Assembly: GCA_951406725.2 (NCBI GenBank)
Contig: OX597819.1
Span: 50,654,001 to 50,718,000 of the forward strand
Direction: 5' to 3'
Source of the DNA: Octopus vulgaris
Taxonomy: Eukaryota
Length of the DNA: 64,000 bases
Made by a program: the position numbers and the translations under genes. A model generated the notes under the pieces. It saw only the letters and a program-made list of their open reading frames with translations. It did no database searches and was not told the DNA's origin. Shown here piece by piece: positions 42,168-56,167 of this stretch (the stretch's first letter is position 1; each line of letters starts with the position of its first letter).

Positions 42168-42486
42168 AACAAACAAACGAACAAACACAAACACACATAT
42201 ACATGCATTCATACGTATAAACATACATAGGCGCACGTACATATATACAGAGAGATAGACAGGCAAATAGGTAAACAGATAGATAGAAAGGTAGATAGAC
42301 AGAAATAGAGATAGATAGAGAGAGAGAGAGAGAAAGAGAGAGATAGAGAGGCGGGATAGATGGCTATAGATACAGATATTTGTTGGCTAAAGTGAATGAC
42401 AACGACCCTCGGGCGCCTAATTTCAATACGAAACAAACTAATTCGGTTATCGCTTCGTTTATATACATACACAGCTATATACTTAC

Positions 42487-42546
<60 letters not shown>

Positions 42547-42581
42547 CTATATATTTATATATGTATATGGACATACATATA

Positions 42582-42631
<50 letters not shown>

Positions 42632-43151
42632 TATATGTATGTGTACATACATACGTATATACATATATATACATATATATAGCGGTAGTTTATTAATTAG
42701 CACAGGCACTTCAGCCTCCTAGCATCAGCAAATATGTTGTGACTGATCTAATTCTGTTTGTAACTGTAATAAATAGCTTTAAGGTATTACCATAGGCAAT
42801 TTAGAAGGGACGAATGAGCGAAACGTGATGTGTTTAGTTTGAGTCTCATCCCAATCTATGTAAAGGGCCCTAATGGGTTCATTTTCGCAACAAGACTAAA
42901 TAAATACGGCTTTTTATTTATCTAACATCGATTTATTTGTTTGTTTATAGTGATTAAGTGTTATATATTTTATTGACTTTAGGTAGACTTAAGTTAGATT
43001 ACGGAATATGCTTACCAACGCCAATTGCGTTTTTATCTTGATATTTTGTACGATTTCGTTACTCAGCGAATTGCAGTTAATTTCCTTAAATATCACAAAC
43101 TTTAAGATTTAAGAAAAAATATATAGACAGTTATTATGACTAATAAAAGAA

Positions 43152-43204
<53 letters not shown>

Positions 43205-43854
43205 GACGATGATGTTCGTACAAGGCATTGGTCGGCCCGACGCTATAGTAGGAGACACTTGTCCAAGGTACTACACGGCTGGACTGAAACCAAAACCACG
43301 ATTGCAATGTGAGATTTTTGAGCAGATTGTATCATTATTTTACGTATTAAAACTAGAATCAAAACAGGAAGACATTCGAAACGGTGAAATTCCGAGATTG
43401 ATCTTATCACAACCAAAATATAGGTACGTTGTGCAACAATCCACATCAACAAAACAACGTGTTCTATATCTACAAACATCTATTATTATGTAAGTATAAT
43501 TTACATGGTTATGGAATCGCGAAATAACATGACAAAAAAAAGTGCACCCAATTAAACATATCCACGCATACACACACGTACAAATACGATCAAAAATTAC
43601 AAACACACACACACATGCACATACACACACACCACCACCACCACCACCACCAACACACCACACCACACAACACCACATACACCCTGAATACATATATACC
43701 TCAATGCTTATATATATATGTGTATGCCTAGTAAAATCTCTTTGCCGACGTACTTATATACATACATGCACACACATATATATGTATGCATATATATAAC
43801 CGAAACGTGTGCATGAAGTTCTGCACGTTTGTATACATACATATATATGTGTAT

Positions 43855-43897
<43 letters not shown>

Positions 43898-43923
43898 CAT
43901 ATACATACATATGTATACATATA

Positions 43924-43963
<40 letters not shown>

Positions 43964-44059
43964 CATATATCCATATACATAATGTATGCGTTATATATAT
44001 ATACACGCACATGGGCGCACACACACACTCACACATACACACACATATATACATACTTT

Positions 44060-44106
<47 letters not shown>

Positions 44107-45287
44107 ATATGTATTGAAGTTTGTATATATTTATATATGCACATAAATACAAACTTACATGAACAAGTGGACCCGAATGTCCATGATCGACCACAGTTAC
44201 AAAACAAATACATACATAAATGCACTCATACGTATCAACGAATGAATGAATATACACACACATACACATACACACACATACACATACACACACAATTCAG
44301 ACAAATATTGTGTTATATACACGTATTCGCATATATACACACGCCAATAAAGAAATACATTTATATACGCAAATCTACGAACGTATAACACACAAACACA
44401 GCATCTATGGCTTTCCGACATACAGACCAATATGTCTACCGATATATTTACACACATGAATAAAGAAACATGCAACGAAATAGTACAAGACATGTATAAA
44501 ATGGTTGCGTGATTCCATCAATATATTTCTGTAACAATTCTTGGTGGCAGCAAAACAACATAGGCACGAATCCACATTTTCCATTATCGTAAGCACAAAT
44601 CTATCCCTGTAACTTACAGAACATTATTTTCACCGTGTGATAGATATATTATCTAGATAATATAAACTTCTGCTGAATTACACAACACATGGAATCTCTT
44701 TACCAAACAGGCTTCGATGTGACTGAAATTATGTTCGTTCCCTGGGAGTTATATCATATCTGACGATTACGACTTGACGTGATGTGATGTAAATTAAACC
44801 TTAGATGTAACCAGCACACGAGTAAGGGCGGCGGAGGAAGAAAGGAATGAGGGAAGAACGGCGTGTTGAGATTGTAATGGAAGTTAGTTGAAATTTTTGT
44901 CAGATAAATGACTGAATATGCAGAACAATACATCGAATATTTATATTAAAGATTTTGTTTAGCTGAATGGCTACAATAAAACTAAAGTGTTTAATTAATT
45001 AATTATTCGCTTGACCAATTAACCAGATGCATGCATGGTGTTTGGGAATGAATGGTGTGTCACTGCAGAGCGGGCGGGAAGGTGGGCGAAAGCATATAAT
45101 AAGGAGCTGTTTAAAGAATGCTGAAGTTGGTGGAGCTGGTGGTCGTAACAATTGAGTTCTCTGAGGATAGAAACACAGGGAACCGATTGTGTTTAAATAT
45201 CCAAATCACAGTTACATGAAAGCGGATAAAAGCGTAGTTCATTTATCTACTTATCTAACAAGTAACGCCTGTCCCCTTCTCTCTCTC

Positions 45288-45345
<58 letters not shown>

Positions 45346-45370
45346 GTATATATATATGTGTGTGTGTGTA

Positions 45371-45810
<440 letters not shown>

Positions 45811-45818
45811 GTTCGCAA

Positions 45819-45858
<40 letters not shown>

Positions 45859-45970
45859 GTATGCATATATATATATATATATATGCATGCATGTATGTAT
45901 GCATGTATGCATGTATGTATGTATATATGTATGTATATATGTATGTATATATATATATATATATATATTT

Positions 45971-46141
45971 ATTTATTATATAGAAGGAGCTTCTACAGGA
46001 CTAGAACTGTTTCATTCAAGAGAAATCTTCAGGAAACAGTTCTAGTCCTGTAGAAGCTCCTTCTATATAATAAATTAATTTTACTCTGCTATGTATTGAG
46101 TACCTTATTTACTGTGGTTAACCCCGAATCAACCCGGGACC

Positions 46142-46144
<3 letters not shown>
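45971..46144. mobile_element. Mini fold-back element: perfect 43-bp arms (45971-46013 and 46033-46075) with a hammerhead core in the loop (- strand), in (TA)n
   Basis: Minus strand reads CTGAAGA-tttc-tctt-gaat-GAAAC-agttcta-GTC. The 5' strand of stem I is replaced by the inverted arm. Confidence 0.8.
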
Positions 46145-46172
<28 letters not shown>

Positions 46173-46379
46173 TCTCTTATTCTTTTATATATATCATCCT
46201 TGAGGCTGCGGCCGTGCTGAGGCACCTCCAGTATAATCGTCTTTTAATTGGCCAATTCTATGGGATTGGCTTTTAGTGAAGGTGGGAGTTCGATACCGCT
46301 GCCCTCTTTTGAGTTTCCTGCCTTGATATTGGTTAATCTGGGATCTTGGACAGCAAGAGGGGAAGCTGTTTCTTGAAAA

Positions 46380-46575
46380 CATCTACTCCGACTCCGTGTA
46401 GATCTCTCAGATGTCTTGGCAAGGATGTGAAGTGGTTTCGCTAGAGCTTTTTTGCGTTTCTTTAGGAGAATTGCAGGGAATCCATCAAGGCCTGTTACTG
46501 AGTTTGAGCTCATCTCATTAATGGTTGATATCACATCAGTCTCCTCTATGTTAATTGTGTCAATAATTACCATTT
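46380..46575 (-). pseudogene. CR1/L2-type LINE ORF2 fragment (pre-RT region)
   Basis: INIEETDVISTINEMSSNSVTGLDGFPAILLKKRKKALAKPLHIL, the 'GPDG.P..LLK...LA.PL' motif. Confidence 0.75.
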
Positions 46576-47071
46576 AGTTGTTGTGTTGTTATGTCCTGTT
46601 ATTTGAAATTGTATTTGTCTACCATTTCTCCGTTTTTTTCCGTCCTTGTTTTCGTGTACATTCGCTGCTTTCTTCCAAGGAATCTAATGCTCTTAGCTTA
46701 GTACTTCCTTGGAGCTGGCCAGATTGGAGCAATCTCGAGTATAACCAGCCGAAATTACAACGATAATCTGGAACTCGACTGAGGAAAGAAAACTCCGAAT
46801 GACCCGTCCTTGTTTTCTTTGTATCGTCTATCTGATGTCCCTTTTTTGTTTCACATAACTGTCTGGATGTTTTGCGTTCTTGTCCCATTTTGGGCAAGTA
46901 TCTTTAACTATAGCCTCGGGCCGACCAAAGCCTTGTGAGTGGATTTGGTATACAGAAACTGAAAGAAACTCGTCGTATACATATATCTGTGTATGTATTT
47001 GTGAGTCTCTGTTTGTCCCCATCATCATCGCTTGACAACTGATGCTGGTGTATTTATGCCCCCGTAACTTA
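46575..47071 (+). mobile_element. Family D pLTR-like copy (46575-46890) fused to a SINE A middle fragment (46891-47071)
   Basis: Homology to 36230-36490 and to the SINE A body. Confidence 0.8.
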
Positions 47072-47741
47072 GGATTGAAAGTTAAAATTGTGCCTGACAA
47101 GAATTGAACATGAAACGATTTGATGTTAAGTGACTTAACTACGTACAGTAAATTGTTTCGTCCTACAATTTCCGCACTCCATCTCTTTGACTTTTATTTT
47201 AATTAGAGATAATTATTTGGTCGGTAATTTACATATCTAAATAGAATTAATTAATGATCGTTTAGGAAATTGATCATTGCCGTAATAATGAAATAATCGA
47301 TAATAATAATAATAATTCGGCATAATATTTCTGAATATGTTATCAGAGTCATTTTTATAGATTATTAATCGTGATATAAATAGCGTCTTCAATAGATATT
47401 TGATAAATTTTTAAGGTGATGTTTGAGATACTAATTATAGAGCTTACGAATGCCTAAGGTGATACAGAGCCGGTTTAGTAATCGAAGAGTAAATAGTTCG
47501 ATCATTAATTCGAATCAGATTATTTCACTCTTTTACTTGATTCAGTCACAGGACTGCGGCTATACTAGACCGCCTTGAAGGGGTTTCTTAGCCTATCAAA
47601 TTGTTCTCAGTATTTATTTTAAACTCTTAATATATCAACCCGTATATTTTCGTTCAGGGATGTCTAGTAAATGTGTATTTGAACGAAAATATACGTTCAC
47701 TGTACTCTGGGGTATCTGTCACTTATTTCTAACCCGAAATA

Positions 47742-47976
47742 CAGTACTCCGTCGACTATCATGGGGGTTACGTTCCAAAACCTCTCACAAAAAAAATTAT
47801 AATCTAAAAGAAATATAAATACCTATCGGCCGCAGAAACGCGATATACTGAAAAGTCCGCGATATAAATTTACATCTACTAGCCAAGAAAATCCGCAATA
47901 TACTGAGTGCGCGATAGGTGAACCGCGATGTACTGAGTGTGCGATAGGTAAACCGCGATATGGCGAGGGATTACTG
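47742..47976. mobile_element. pogo/Tigger-like MITE
   Basis: TA|cagtactccgtcgactatc ... gatatggcgagggattactg|TA, with internal 'cgcgata' repeats. Confidence 0.8.
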
Positions 47977-48372
47977 TACTTCGTTCATGTTATTATTCCT
48001 GTTTTCTGTCATTAACAATTAATAACTATCATTTCTATCAATAACTTCATAAATCATAACTGATCCAAAATAATCTGTGTACTTATTCTTTCTTATATAC
48101 TGATTCAAAACAAATAATTAAAAAATGTTACTTTTGCATGGAAATTGAAAAAAAAAAAGAAGCAAAAACGTGTATATTAATAGGGTAAGTCTGGGACCTA
48201 TTCTATCGCTATCTTTTTTTACAAAGACGCAAACATAGGGAGGAAGAAAAATCATGAGAGAATTTTCGTTTTTATGAGGACAAAATGAGACAAGGATTAT
48301 TTGACTTTATTTCATTAGGCTGCACGACTACGTTGTTGTTCTTTTTTAGGACCATGTCACACCCGACGATCA

Positions 48373-48448
48373 TTGAGCCCTAGCTGTTAACGACCCACTC
48401 TTTTTTTAATTTTAGTTGAGCCCTAGCTGTTAACGACCCACTCTTTTT
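48373..48448. repeat. Local tandem duplication with a 43-bp period
   Basis: ttgagccctagctgttaacgacccactcttttt occurs twice. Confidence 0.9.
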
Positions 48449-48544
48449 AATCTATTCGGGTATAGTATATCTACGACTAAATTATTCAATGTTTTGTTCC
48501 AGTTTATGATGGTAGGATGTGATTTGAGGGTAATTTAGCAACTA

Positions 48545-49110
48545 TTTGGTTGTTCGGAAAGTTCGTGCCGATTTATAGTAACTTCCATTTCGACTTATTT
48601 TAGAACATGGTTGAGTCCATAAAATAGGATTTGACTACACCTCCATTTAGAGCACAATTTAAGCTATCTTTTCGTGGAAGAAGGTTTATGTTCCTATAAC
48701 CTGTGTTAATTCTGTAACCCTTTAAAATGGAAGATAAGAAAGTTCATTTTCGGCACTTGATGCTTTGGGAACCAGGCAAAAATTGCTGCAGCTCGGCTGG
48801 AATGTGTTACCCCACCCTTCATATTCACCAGATATTGCTCCTTCGGATTTCCACTTACTCAGGTTTCTGCAGAATAGTTTTAAAGGTAAAAATTTCAATT
48901 CCTTGGATGATGTAAAAAGATACCTTGATGAATTCTTTGTCATGAAACCACCCCAATTCTGGGAAGAGGGTATTTTCAAGTTAAAGGAAAGATAGAGACG
49001 CATTATGCAACAAAATAGTTCATATTTGGTTGATTAAAAATGTAATGGTAAGTATTTATTGATCCTTTTCTTTCCTTTAAAAATCGGCACGAACTTTCCG
49101 GACAATCCAA
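48545..49110 (+). mobile_element. Internally deleted mariner transposon (566 bp)
   Basis: TIRs of about 30 bp (..ttgt(t/c)cggaaagttcgtgccgattt) and a TA TSD. N-terminal MEDKKVHFRHLML is fused to C-terminal LGWNVLPHPSYSPDIAPSDFHL (YSPDLAPSD motif). Confidence 0.95.
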
Positions 49111-49566
49111 TATTTCTAACAGCCCAGGTAACTTTGTAGATGCCACTTGTTTTATTTTTGCATAGATTCAAGTTAACTGTAGTCGAGTAGCTATGATTAA
49201 AGACATACAGTAGTGACCACCCTGTCTTTATATTGTACATTCGCGTTGTAACTTAGAATACATTATTTCAAGTAATCTTTTAAGTCACCTGGGTATGGTC
49301 GTTCTGAGGATGATTTGGCTGTCAATTTTAGCAGATGGAGCATCTATGACTGCGCTTCTTTCCTTCTTCTTACCTATTGTTGAGATCATTCTCCTCAAAG
49401 ACATCTTCACATTCTGGCAGAGATGGGAGGAAAGGTTTACTCCTCAATCTGAAGGGTTAAACGAAAACGTGATACCTTACCTTTCCCATTTTTCATTGCA
49501 TTAAATTCCTTTGTGACTTAATTCCGTCTCGGCAATAACATCTGACTAACCTATGTACTCATAATA

Positions 49567-50885
49567 TTAGTTTCAAATTTTGGCACAAACCAGCAATTTC
49601 GAGTAATGGGGTCAAGTCGGTTACATTGACCTCAGTGCTCAACTGGTGCTTATTTTATCGACCTCGAAAGGATGAAAGGCAAAGTTGACCTTGAGTGGAA
49701 TTTGAACTCAGAACGAAAAGACGGACGAAATACCGCTAAGCATTTTGCCTGGCGTGCTAACCATTCTGCCAGCGCACCGCCTTCATATGACTCATAATAT
49801 TTTTACATGTTTAAATCACTGTAACGATTGTGGGATAAAATGACACGCTATGATTGTTTTGACTATCTGTGCTCTGGTTTCAAATCTTGCCGAAGACAAC
49901 TTTGCCTTTCATCCCTCCAGGGCCGATAGAATTAAGTGCCAATCATATACTGGGGTCGATGTAATCAACTAACTCCCTTTGCAAATATTTCTGGAAGACC
50001 TCTTGTTTATATTGGTTTCAAACTTTGGCACAAAGCCAGCAATCTCGGGGGATGGGGTAAATGTATTACGCCGACCACAGTGCTCAACCAGTACTTATTT
50101 CATCGACCCCGAAAGCACGACAGGCTGGAATTGGAACTCAGAACGGACGACATTCCGTTAAGCACTTTGCCTGGTGTTCTAACGATTCTGCCAGCTCGTC
50201 GCCTTAGACCTTGTATCTATATTAAAAACAATAATAAGCGTCGACATGTCTCCGAAGATTATGCTCTCTGGTTCATTTATACTCAGAGTTTTGGCGCCTA
50301 TAAGTGGATTAGATCTGGTACGGTGAAACAAATCAATTATTGCAAAATGATGAAATCATATTGCGAGTAAGACGCTCCAACTGTTTCAATCATCCATTTG
50401 ATATTTTTAACATCATTAATTTTTTAAAACATCATAATTTACATACTTTCGAAAATCATTGATTACATGCTTTAAAGTGGTGAGCTGGTAAAATTTTTAG
50501 AATGTCGGATAACATTTTTTGCTGCATATTTTCCGGGTTTTACGTTCTGATGTCAAATGTAGCTGTGGTCAAGTTTGCCTTTTTTTTCTTTTGGGGGTCC
50601 ATAAAATAAGTATTAATAGAACACTGAGGTCGATGTAATTAAGTAGCATTTCCCCATAAAACTTCCGGCTTTGTGCCTATAACAGAAATAAATAAAAACA
50701 GCATGCTATCAGAATCGTTATCACATCAGAGAAAATACTTGGGGGTATTTCCCCCGGCTTTACGTTCTGGAGTCAAATTCAGCCGAGGTCGATTTTGACG
50801 CTCATCCTTTCGGATGAACTGGGGTCGATGTGATCGGCTTCATCCTCCCTAAAAATTTCAGGTCCTGTGCTTCCAATAGAAAGAA
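49567..50885. mobile_element. Cluster of five SINE family B copies in both orientations
   Basis: - at 49567-49783, + at 49870-49990, - at 50010-50205, + at 50477-50690 and + at 50700-50885. All share the core 'tttgcctttcatcc'. Confidence 0.85.
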
Positions 50886-52983
50886 TTAACTACATACATA
50901 TTTTATTCTGATGAATATGCAATAATAAGGAATAATAATTTTAAATTGTATTCACATGTAGTCGAAATAATGATTGTTAATTCTATTTAGATAAATATTA
51001 AATTCATTCATAATCTTATATAGATGTCTAAGTCAGCAATAACTGTAAGGCATACAAATTTCATTTTGTTGCTTACTATAAACAATGAAAATAATATAAA
51101 TATTATCGATAATTTTTAAATGTCTAAATGATCATTGATATTTCATTGAGAGGATCGTTAATTATATTTACACAGAAAAACAATTTATTAATAGAATTAC
51201 TGATAATTGCATTTATAGTTTTAAAATGTTTTTTTTATATATGCATAAAAATAATGAATATTAACTGAATAAAGGAGAGTCAAAACAAACGTAAAGTGTG
51301 ATATTTTTAATAATTTTATTGACAGTCAATAAGATTATTAAAAAGTAATAGTATTTACAAAAATAATCAATAGCTGAAGTGATCGTTAATTGTATTAATA
51401 AATTAAAAGGGTGGTGTACTGAATGACATATGCAAATAAATCTCCATTAATTTGACGTTCCCTCTGGTGGAGAAAGGAAACAAAAACCCAACAGTAACTG
51501 CGAAAGAAAGGGGGAGATAATTTCGTTTCGCAAAGATCAGAAATTAATTTCATAAAATTAATTATATTCAGTGAGTAAATTCCTCTCACAAAAATACGCA
51601 TATTATTGATAATTTCAATCTATAAATGATTATCTATAACCGATAATCAATACATATTCGTTAAATTTATAGTGTTAAAGAAACAATGCAATTTTTACAT
51701 CACCATTCAAACATTACGACGCCAATGCAACGATATATATATATATATATGTAATAATCCTTATTGTTATTGTTGATATTATATATTTCAGGAAACCTAA
51801 ATGGTTAAGGTAATATATTCAGAATTATCCAACGGAATATATCTTTAAATTCTTATCTTATGAGAATATTATTGAATTTATATATTAACTGTTGAATAAC
51901 CTATTTTAAATATCTAACTGAGAGCAAACCGGTAAACGTTTGAAGTAATCCCTTACTATATATATATATATATATATATAAGGTTATCCTTCTATGAATG
52001 CTGGGTGCTGGAGGAAACATTCGATTATATCGGTTCTGGAATTTGGATAATATTTATTTTATTCACTGCGGAAATAACAAGAAGAAGGTTACCCTCGACG
52101 AGATTTGAACTCAGAACGAAATATAACATAACCAAGACATTTTCACACCGCTTTAACGATTCTTCCAAGCCACCACATTCTGATTCGAAATAAATATTGA
52201 TAATGCTATTTATCCTATAATCATAACTGACAGCTAATTCTATTTATATTAAGCAAACAGTTCGCTACAAATAAAATAAAATAAAAATAATGAACAAATA
52301 AAAATACAAAATAATCATAAAATAATAATAAAAAATAAAAACATAAAAAAAGTCCTCAAAAACAAAACAAAAAAGTTATCGATAAGCTCTATTTATGAAT
52401 TTAAACAAAGTGATAGAAACCACAGATCGATACTTCGATAAATTTATTTGTCTATCAATTTATCAATTTTATCCGTTGATTTATATATTGGTATTATCCG
52501 CAACAATAGCAAATCTGTTTGTGTCTAAAGGAAACGGCCATTAAACAGAAAATGTATATTTGAATAACAGGAAACAAAGAATTTATGGCGTACCTAATTC
52601 AATGATAGTTTATTTTGGAGTTTATTATTATTTTTTTACATATATTTTCTCTCTCTCTCTCCCACCTCGATAACGATCGAATTTTCTCTTTAAGTATTGT
52701 GTGTATAATCACTCATTCATTCATACACATACATACACATACAAATATGTATATATTTAGCAAGATACATATATATATATATATATGAGTATATATGGAT
52801 ACATACATGAATGTACGTATATGTGTATGTGTATGTATATATATATGTGTGTTTATGTAAATTCCCACACACATATATATAAATATACACACACACAACT
52901 GTAATTATTTTTATCATTAAAGCAATTCTGTTTGCTTACCTTTCATAAACATAGCACATACGTATGTATAATTGCACATATAC

Positions 52984-53051
<68 letters not shown>

Positions 53052-53062
53052 GTGCTACATCC

Positions 53063-53104
<42 letters not shown>

Positions 53105-53591
53105 TTATTTATTTATTTATGTATATATATATATACTCATACACATAAACATAGGTAATTCAATCGACAAAGTAATCAGTACACTTATATATTTTTATTC
53201 AATATATATGTATATATATATAACTACATATATATAATACATATATTTTTATATATATGCATATATGTATATATACATACATATATATACATATATGAAT
53301 ATGTGTGTGTGTAACTATACTTATATGTATATAAACATATATATATATACATATGTATATATATGTATATATATATATACATATCCATACATATAAATAT
53401 GTGAGTATGTGCCTATATTTATATGTATATATATGCATGTATGTACGTATATATACATATTTGTAAACATATATATATATATATGCACATACATATATAC
53501 ACATGTATATATATATATATATATTTATACATACAAACACATGCGTGAACATCTTTATGTGTGACGGAGTGTATATGAGTGTGCCTGTGTT

Positions 53592-53627
<36 letters not shown>

Positions 53628-53880
53628 ATTGAAATCAATATAAATAACATAAATTATATTCTAACGTACACGCGCGAACACCACACTCAGACCTCACCAA
53701 CTACCCCCAACACACATACACGTATTTCTGAGTTGATGATCACCCTGATGCCATTTTGGGTTTCACGCGCTTTGCTTTTGTTGAAGCGACAAAAATAATT
53801 ATATAGAAAATGAATAAAAATAAGGAATTAAAAAAATGCATGTGCTATCCTTTTATCCCCTTTGAATAGCCAAGCGTGTT

Positions 53881-53918
<38 letters not shown>

Positions 53919-53929
53919 TGTGTGTGTGA

Positions 53930-53966
<37 letters not shown>

Positions 53967-53998
53967 TATGTGTGTGCTTCTGTGTGTGTATAAGTATG

Positions 53999-54055
<57 letters not shown>

Positions 54056-54175
54056 TTATATATTCACATATGCATGTGTGCGTGTACGTTTATAAATAAA
54101 TAAATATATATATTTGTTTATATATTTTTGTATGTGTATTTTTCCTGAACTACCTCCTATATATCTATATCTATC

Positions 54176-54257
<82 letters not shown>

Positions 54258-54720
54258 TGGCTGCCCCCTCGTTATCGAGTATGGCTATTGCGCGAAGCTT
54301 AATTAATGTTGTTATCGTGCAATGCCTGTGCAAGAAGACTCTTTTTAAAGTGAGGAAAGGCTGTGCACTGAGTCAATCCCACTCACTAAGCAACAGCAGC
54401 CTTAATCCATAAAGAAGAACAAGTCAACATCATCGGTAACCACTGAGCCGCAGGTTTCATGTCGGAGTTATCCCAGTTATCTGAGTTACCTTCTAAAAGG
54501 ATGCCCTAACAAAGGCTAGGAGTCCTTCACTCCCAATGGTTTAACCGCGCGATCGGATATTCAGTCCGATTATTTCTATGTCCCCGCGCATGATACAGCC
54601 TTAAGCCTTAAGAGAGAAAAAATAAATACACATTTATTGGATGGCCATTGACTCTCAAGAGTTCCTCGCCCTTTGACGGCTTTTGTTTTTCATCCCGCAG
54701 GGTGTCCAATAAACACTCCA
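54258..54720 (-). mobile_element. RTE-derived non-autonomous retroposon (bipartite 5'UTR plus 3' tail)
   Basis: Minus strand has an RTE-5'UTR-like 'gggcatccttttagaaggtaactc...aaacc' and ends 'ctcgataacgagggggcagccac' into a (TA)/(TAGA) tract. No ORF. Confidence 0.55.
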
Positions 54721-55135
54721 CTGAGTCTTCCGTCGAAGACGATGTATAAGCTTACTTTTGTTGCTGAACGACCTACGCAAGTAATGTGTTCATAATAATT
54801 AAACGCATGTGCCGTACATTAGCTCACACACTTCTTGAAATTAAACGTTGCCTGAGCAGCTGCACAAGTGTGCCACATGTCAGATGTCACAGTGATTGCT
54901 GAGCAACGCGAAAAGAATTCATCTGCTGAAGAACAGACCAATGCCGTCCTGTCCGGGAACTGAGCACAGGATCTTGCGATCAGGAATGCAACATCGAAAC
55001 CACTTGACCACGTGCCATCACAAACACACACACCCAAACATACACACGTATACATATATATAAACATATATACATATATGTATACATATATAAACATATA
55101 GATACATATATATATATATATATATATACATATAA

Positions 55136-55167
<32 letters not shown>

Positions 55168-55199
55168 GTATATATATATGTATATGTATATATATATAC

Positions 55200-55240
<41 letters not shown>

Positions 55241-55378
55241 GAGGGCATTATACATACATGCCAGAAGGCATTATATATATACATGCCAAACGCTAAGAGG
55301 GACAATTAGTCATTTCTACCAAAAATATTACTAATCCCACCGAATGCAATTTTTCAAAGTAAGACATTTAAAAATATA

Positions 55379-55424
55379 GACCTGTATCACAGTGATTTCA
55401 TACTTACGTACTCATCAGCAGGCC
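55379..55424 (-). ncRNA. Hammerhead, mirror copy
   Basis: ggcctg-CTGATGA-gtac-gtaa-gtat-GAAAT-cactgtg-ATA-caggtc. Confidence 0.85.
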
Positions 55425-55526
55425 AGAATGCATTATAAATAAACAACGACCCTGCTTCGTTGATGTTGAACAGTTAGCTGATCAACTTAAGCGAAGCAGG
55501 GTCGTTGTTTATTTATAATGCATTCT

Positions 55527-55572
55527 GGCCTGCTGATGAGTACGTAAGTATGAAATCACTGTGATACAGGCC
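55527..55572 (+). ncRNA. Intact type-I hammerhead with AUA cleavage triplet
   Basis: ggcctg-CTGATGA-gtac-GTAA-gtat-GAAA-tcac-t-gtg-ATA-caggcc. 6-bp stem I, GNRA-capped stem II, and a U15.2-A16.2 pair. Confidence 0.9.
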
Positions 55573-55837
55573 TATATTTTTAAATGTCTTACTTTGAAAA
55601 ATTGCATTCGGTGGGATTAGTAATATTTTTGGTAGAAATGACTAATTGTCCCTCTTAGCGTTTGGCATGTATATATATAATGCCTTCTGGCATGTATGTA
55701 TAATGCCCTCTATATATAAATTAATATGTTCAATGAGAAATAATTATTTTCGAAATTTTTTCTCTTATGAGGTTTTTACGCTATCTACCTGACAATTTCT
55801 TGCTAAGTTTTCCTTATTAAGTGGTTGTCCTTAATTG

Positions 55838-55878
<41 letters not shown>

Positions 55879-56084
55879 TTCAAGTAGTTGAATGAATTAT
55901 CTTATTAAGGATAATTCGAATTAACCGATACCTGGGTAGCAAATTCACATCAGAAAAAACACGGTTGAAGTTACGTGCCTAGGGCATAGATTACGTGCTT
56001 TCGTGTGGAAATTTGTATGCTTATTTTAAAAATATAAATATATGAAAGAATGGAGCTGAACGACGAATTAACAAATTTCCTTTA

Positions 56085-56167
56085 TTTTCGACATATGTTT
56101 CGAAGGCTGCATATTCCTAATTGCGAAGGAATAAGGTGTACATTATGCCGCTTTCTCATCAGGAAAA
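56085..56167 (-). ncRNA. Intact type-I hammerhead in a pLTR-like element abutting (TA)n (about 55874-56200)
   Basis: ttttc-CTGATGA-gaaagc..gccttc-GAAAC-atat-GTC-gaaaa, with palindrome acatatgt. Confidence 0.88.

Larger units (their letters stand above)
55230..55838. mobile_element. Young HHR fold-back element: arms of about 230 bp (55230-55459 and 55492-55721) plus a tail, in (TA)n
   Basis: The arms differ at only about one visible position. The loop is 32 nt. Confidence 0.92.

Noticed and set aside
47820-47965. Short regularly spaced repeats (cgcgata...actga) suggestive of a CRISPR array
   Set aside because: They are subterminal repeats of a Tigger-like MITE, with no unique spacers and no cas genes, in a eukaryotic context.
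54644-54705. HDV-like ribozyme on the plus strand (TTCCTCGC loop)
   Set aside because: P3 does not close, and there is no GG for P1.1, no P4 and no catalytic C strand.
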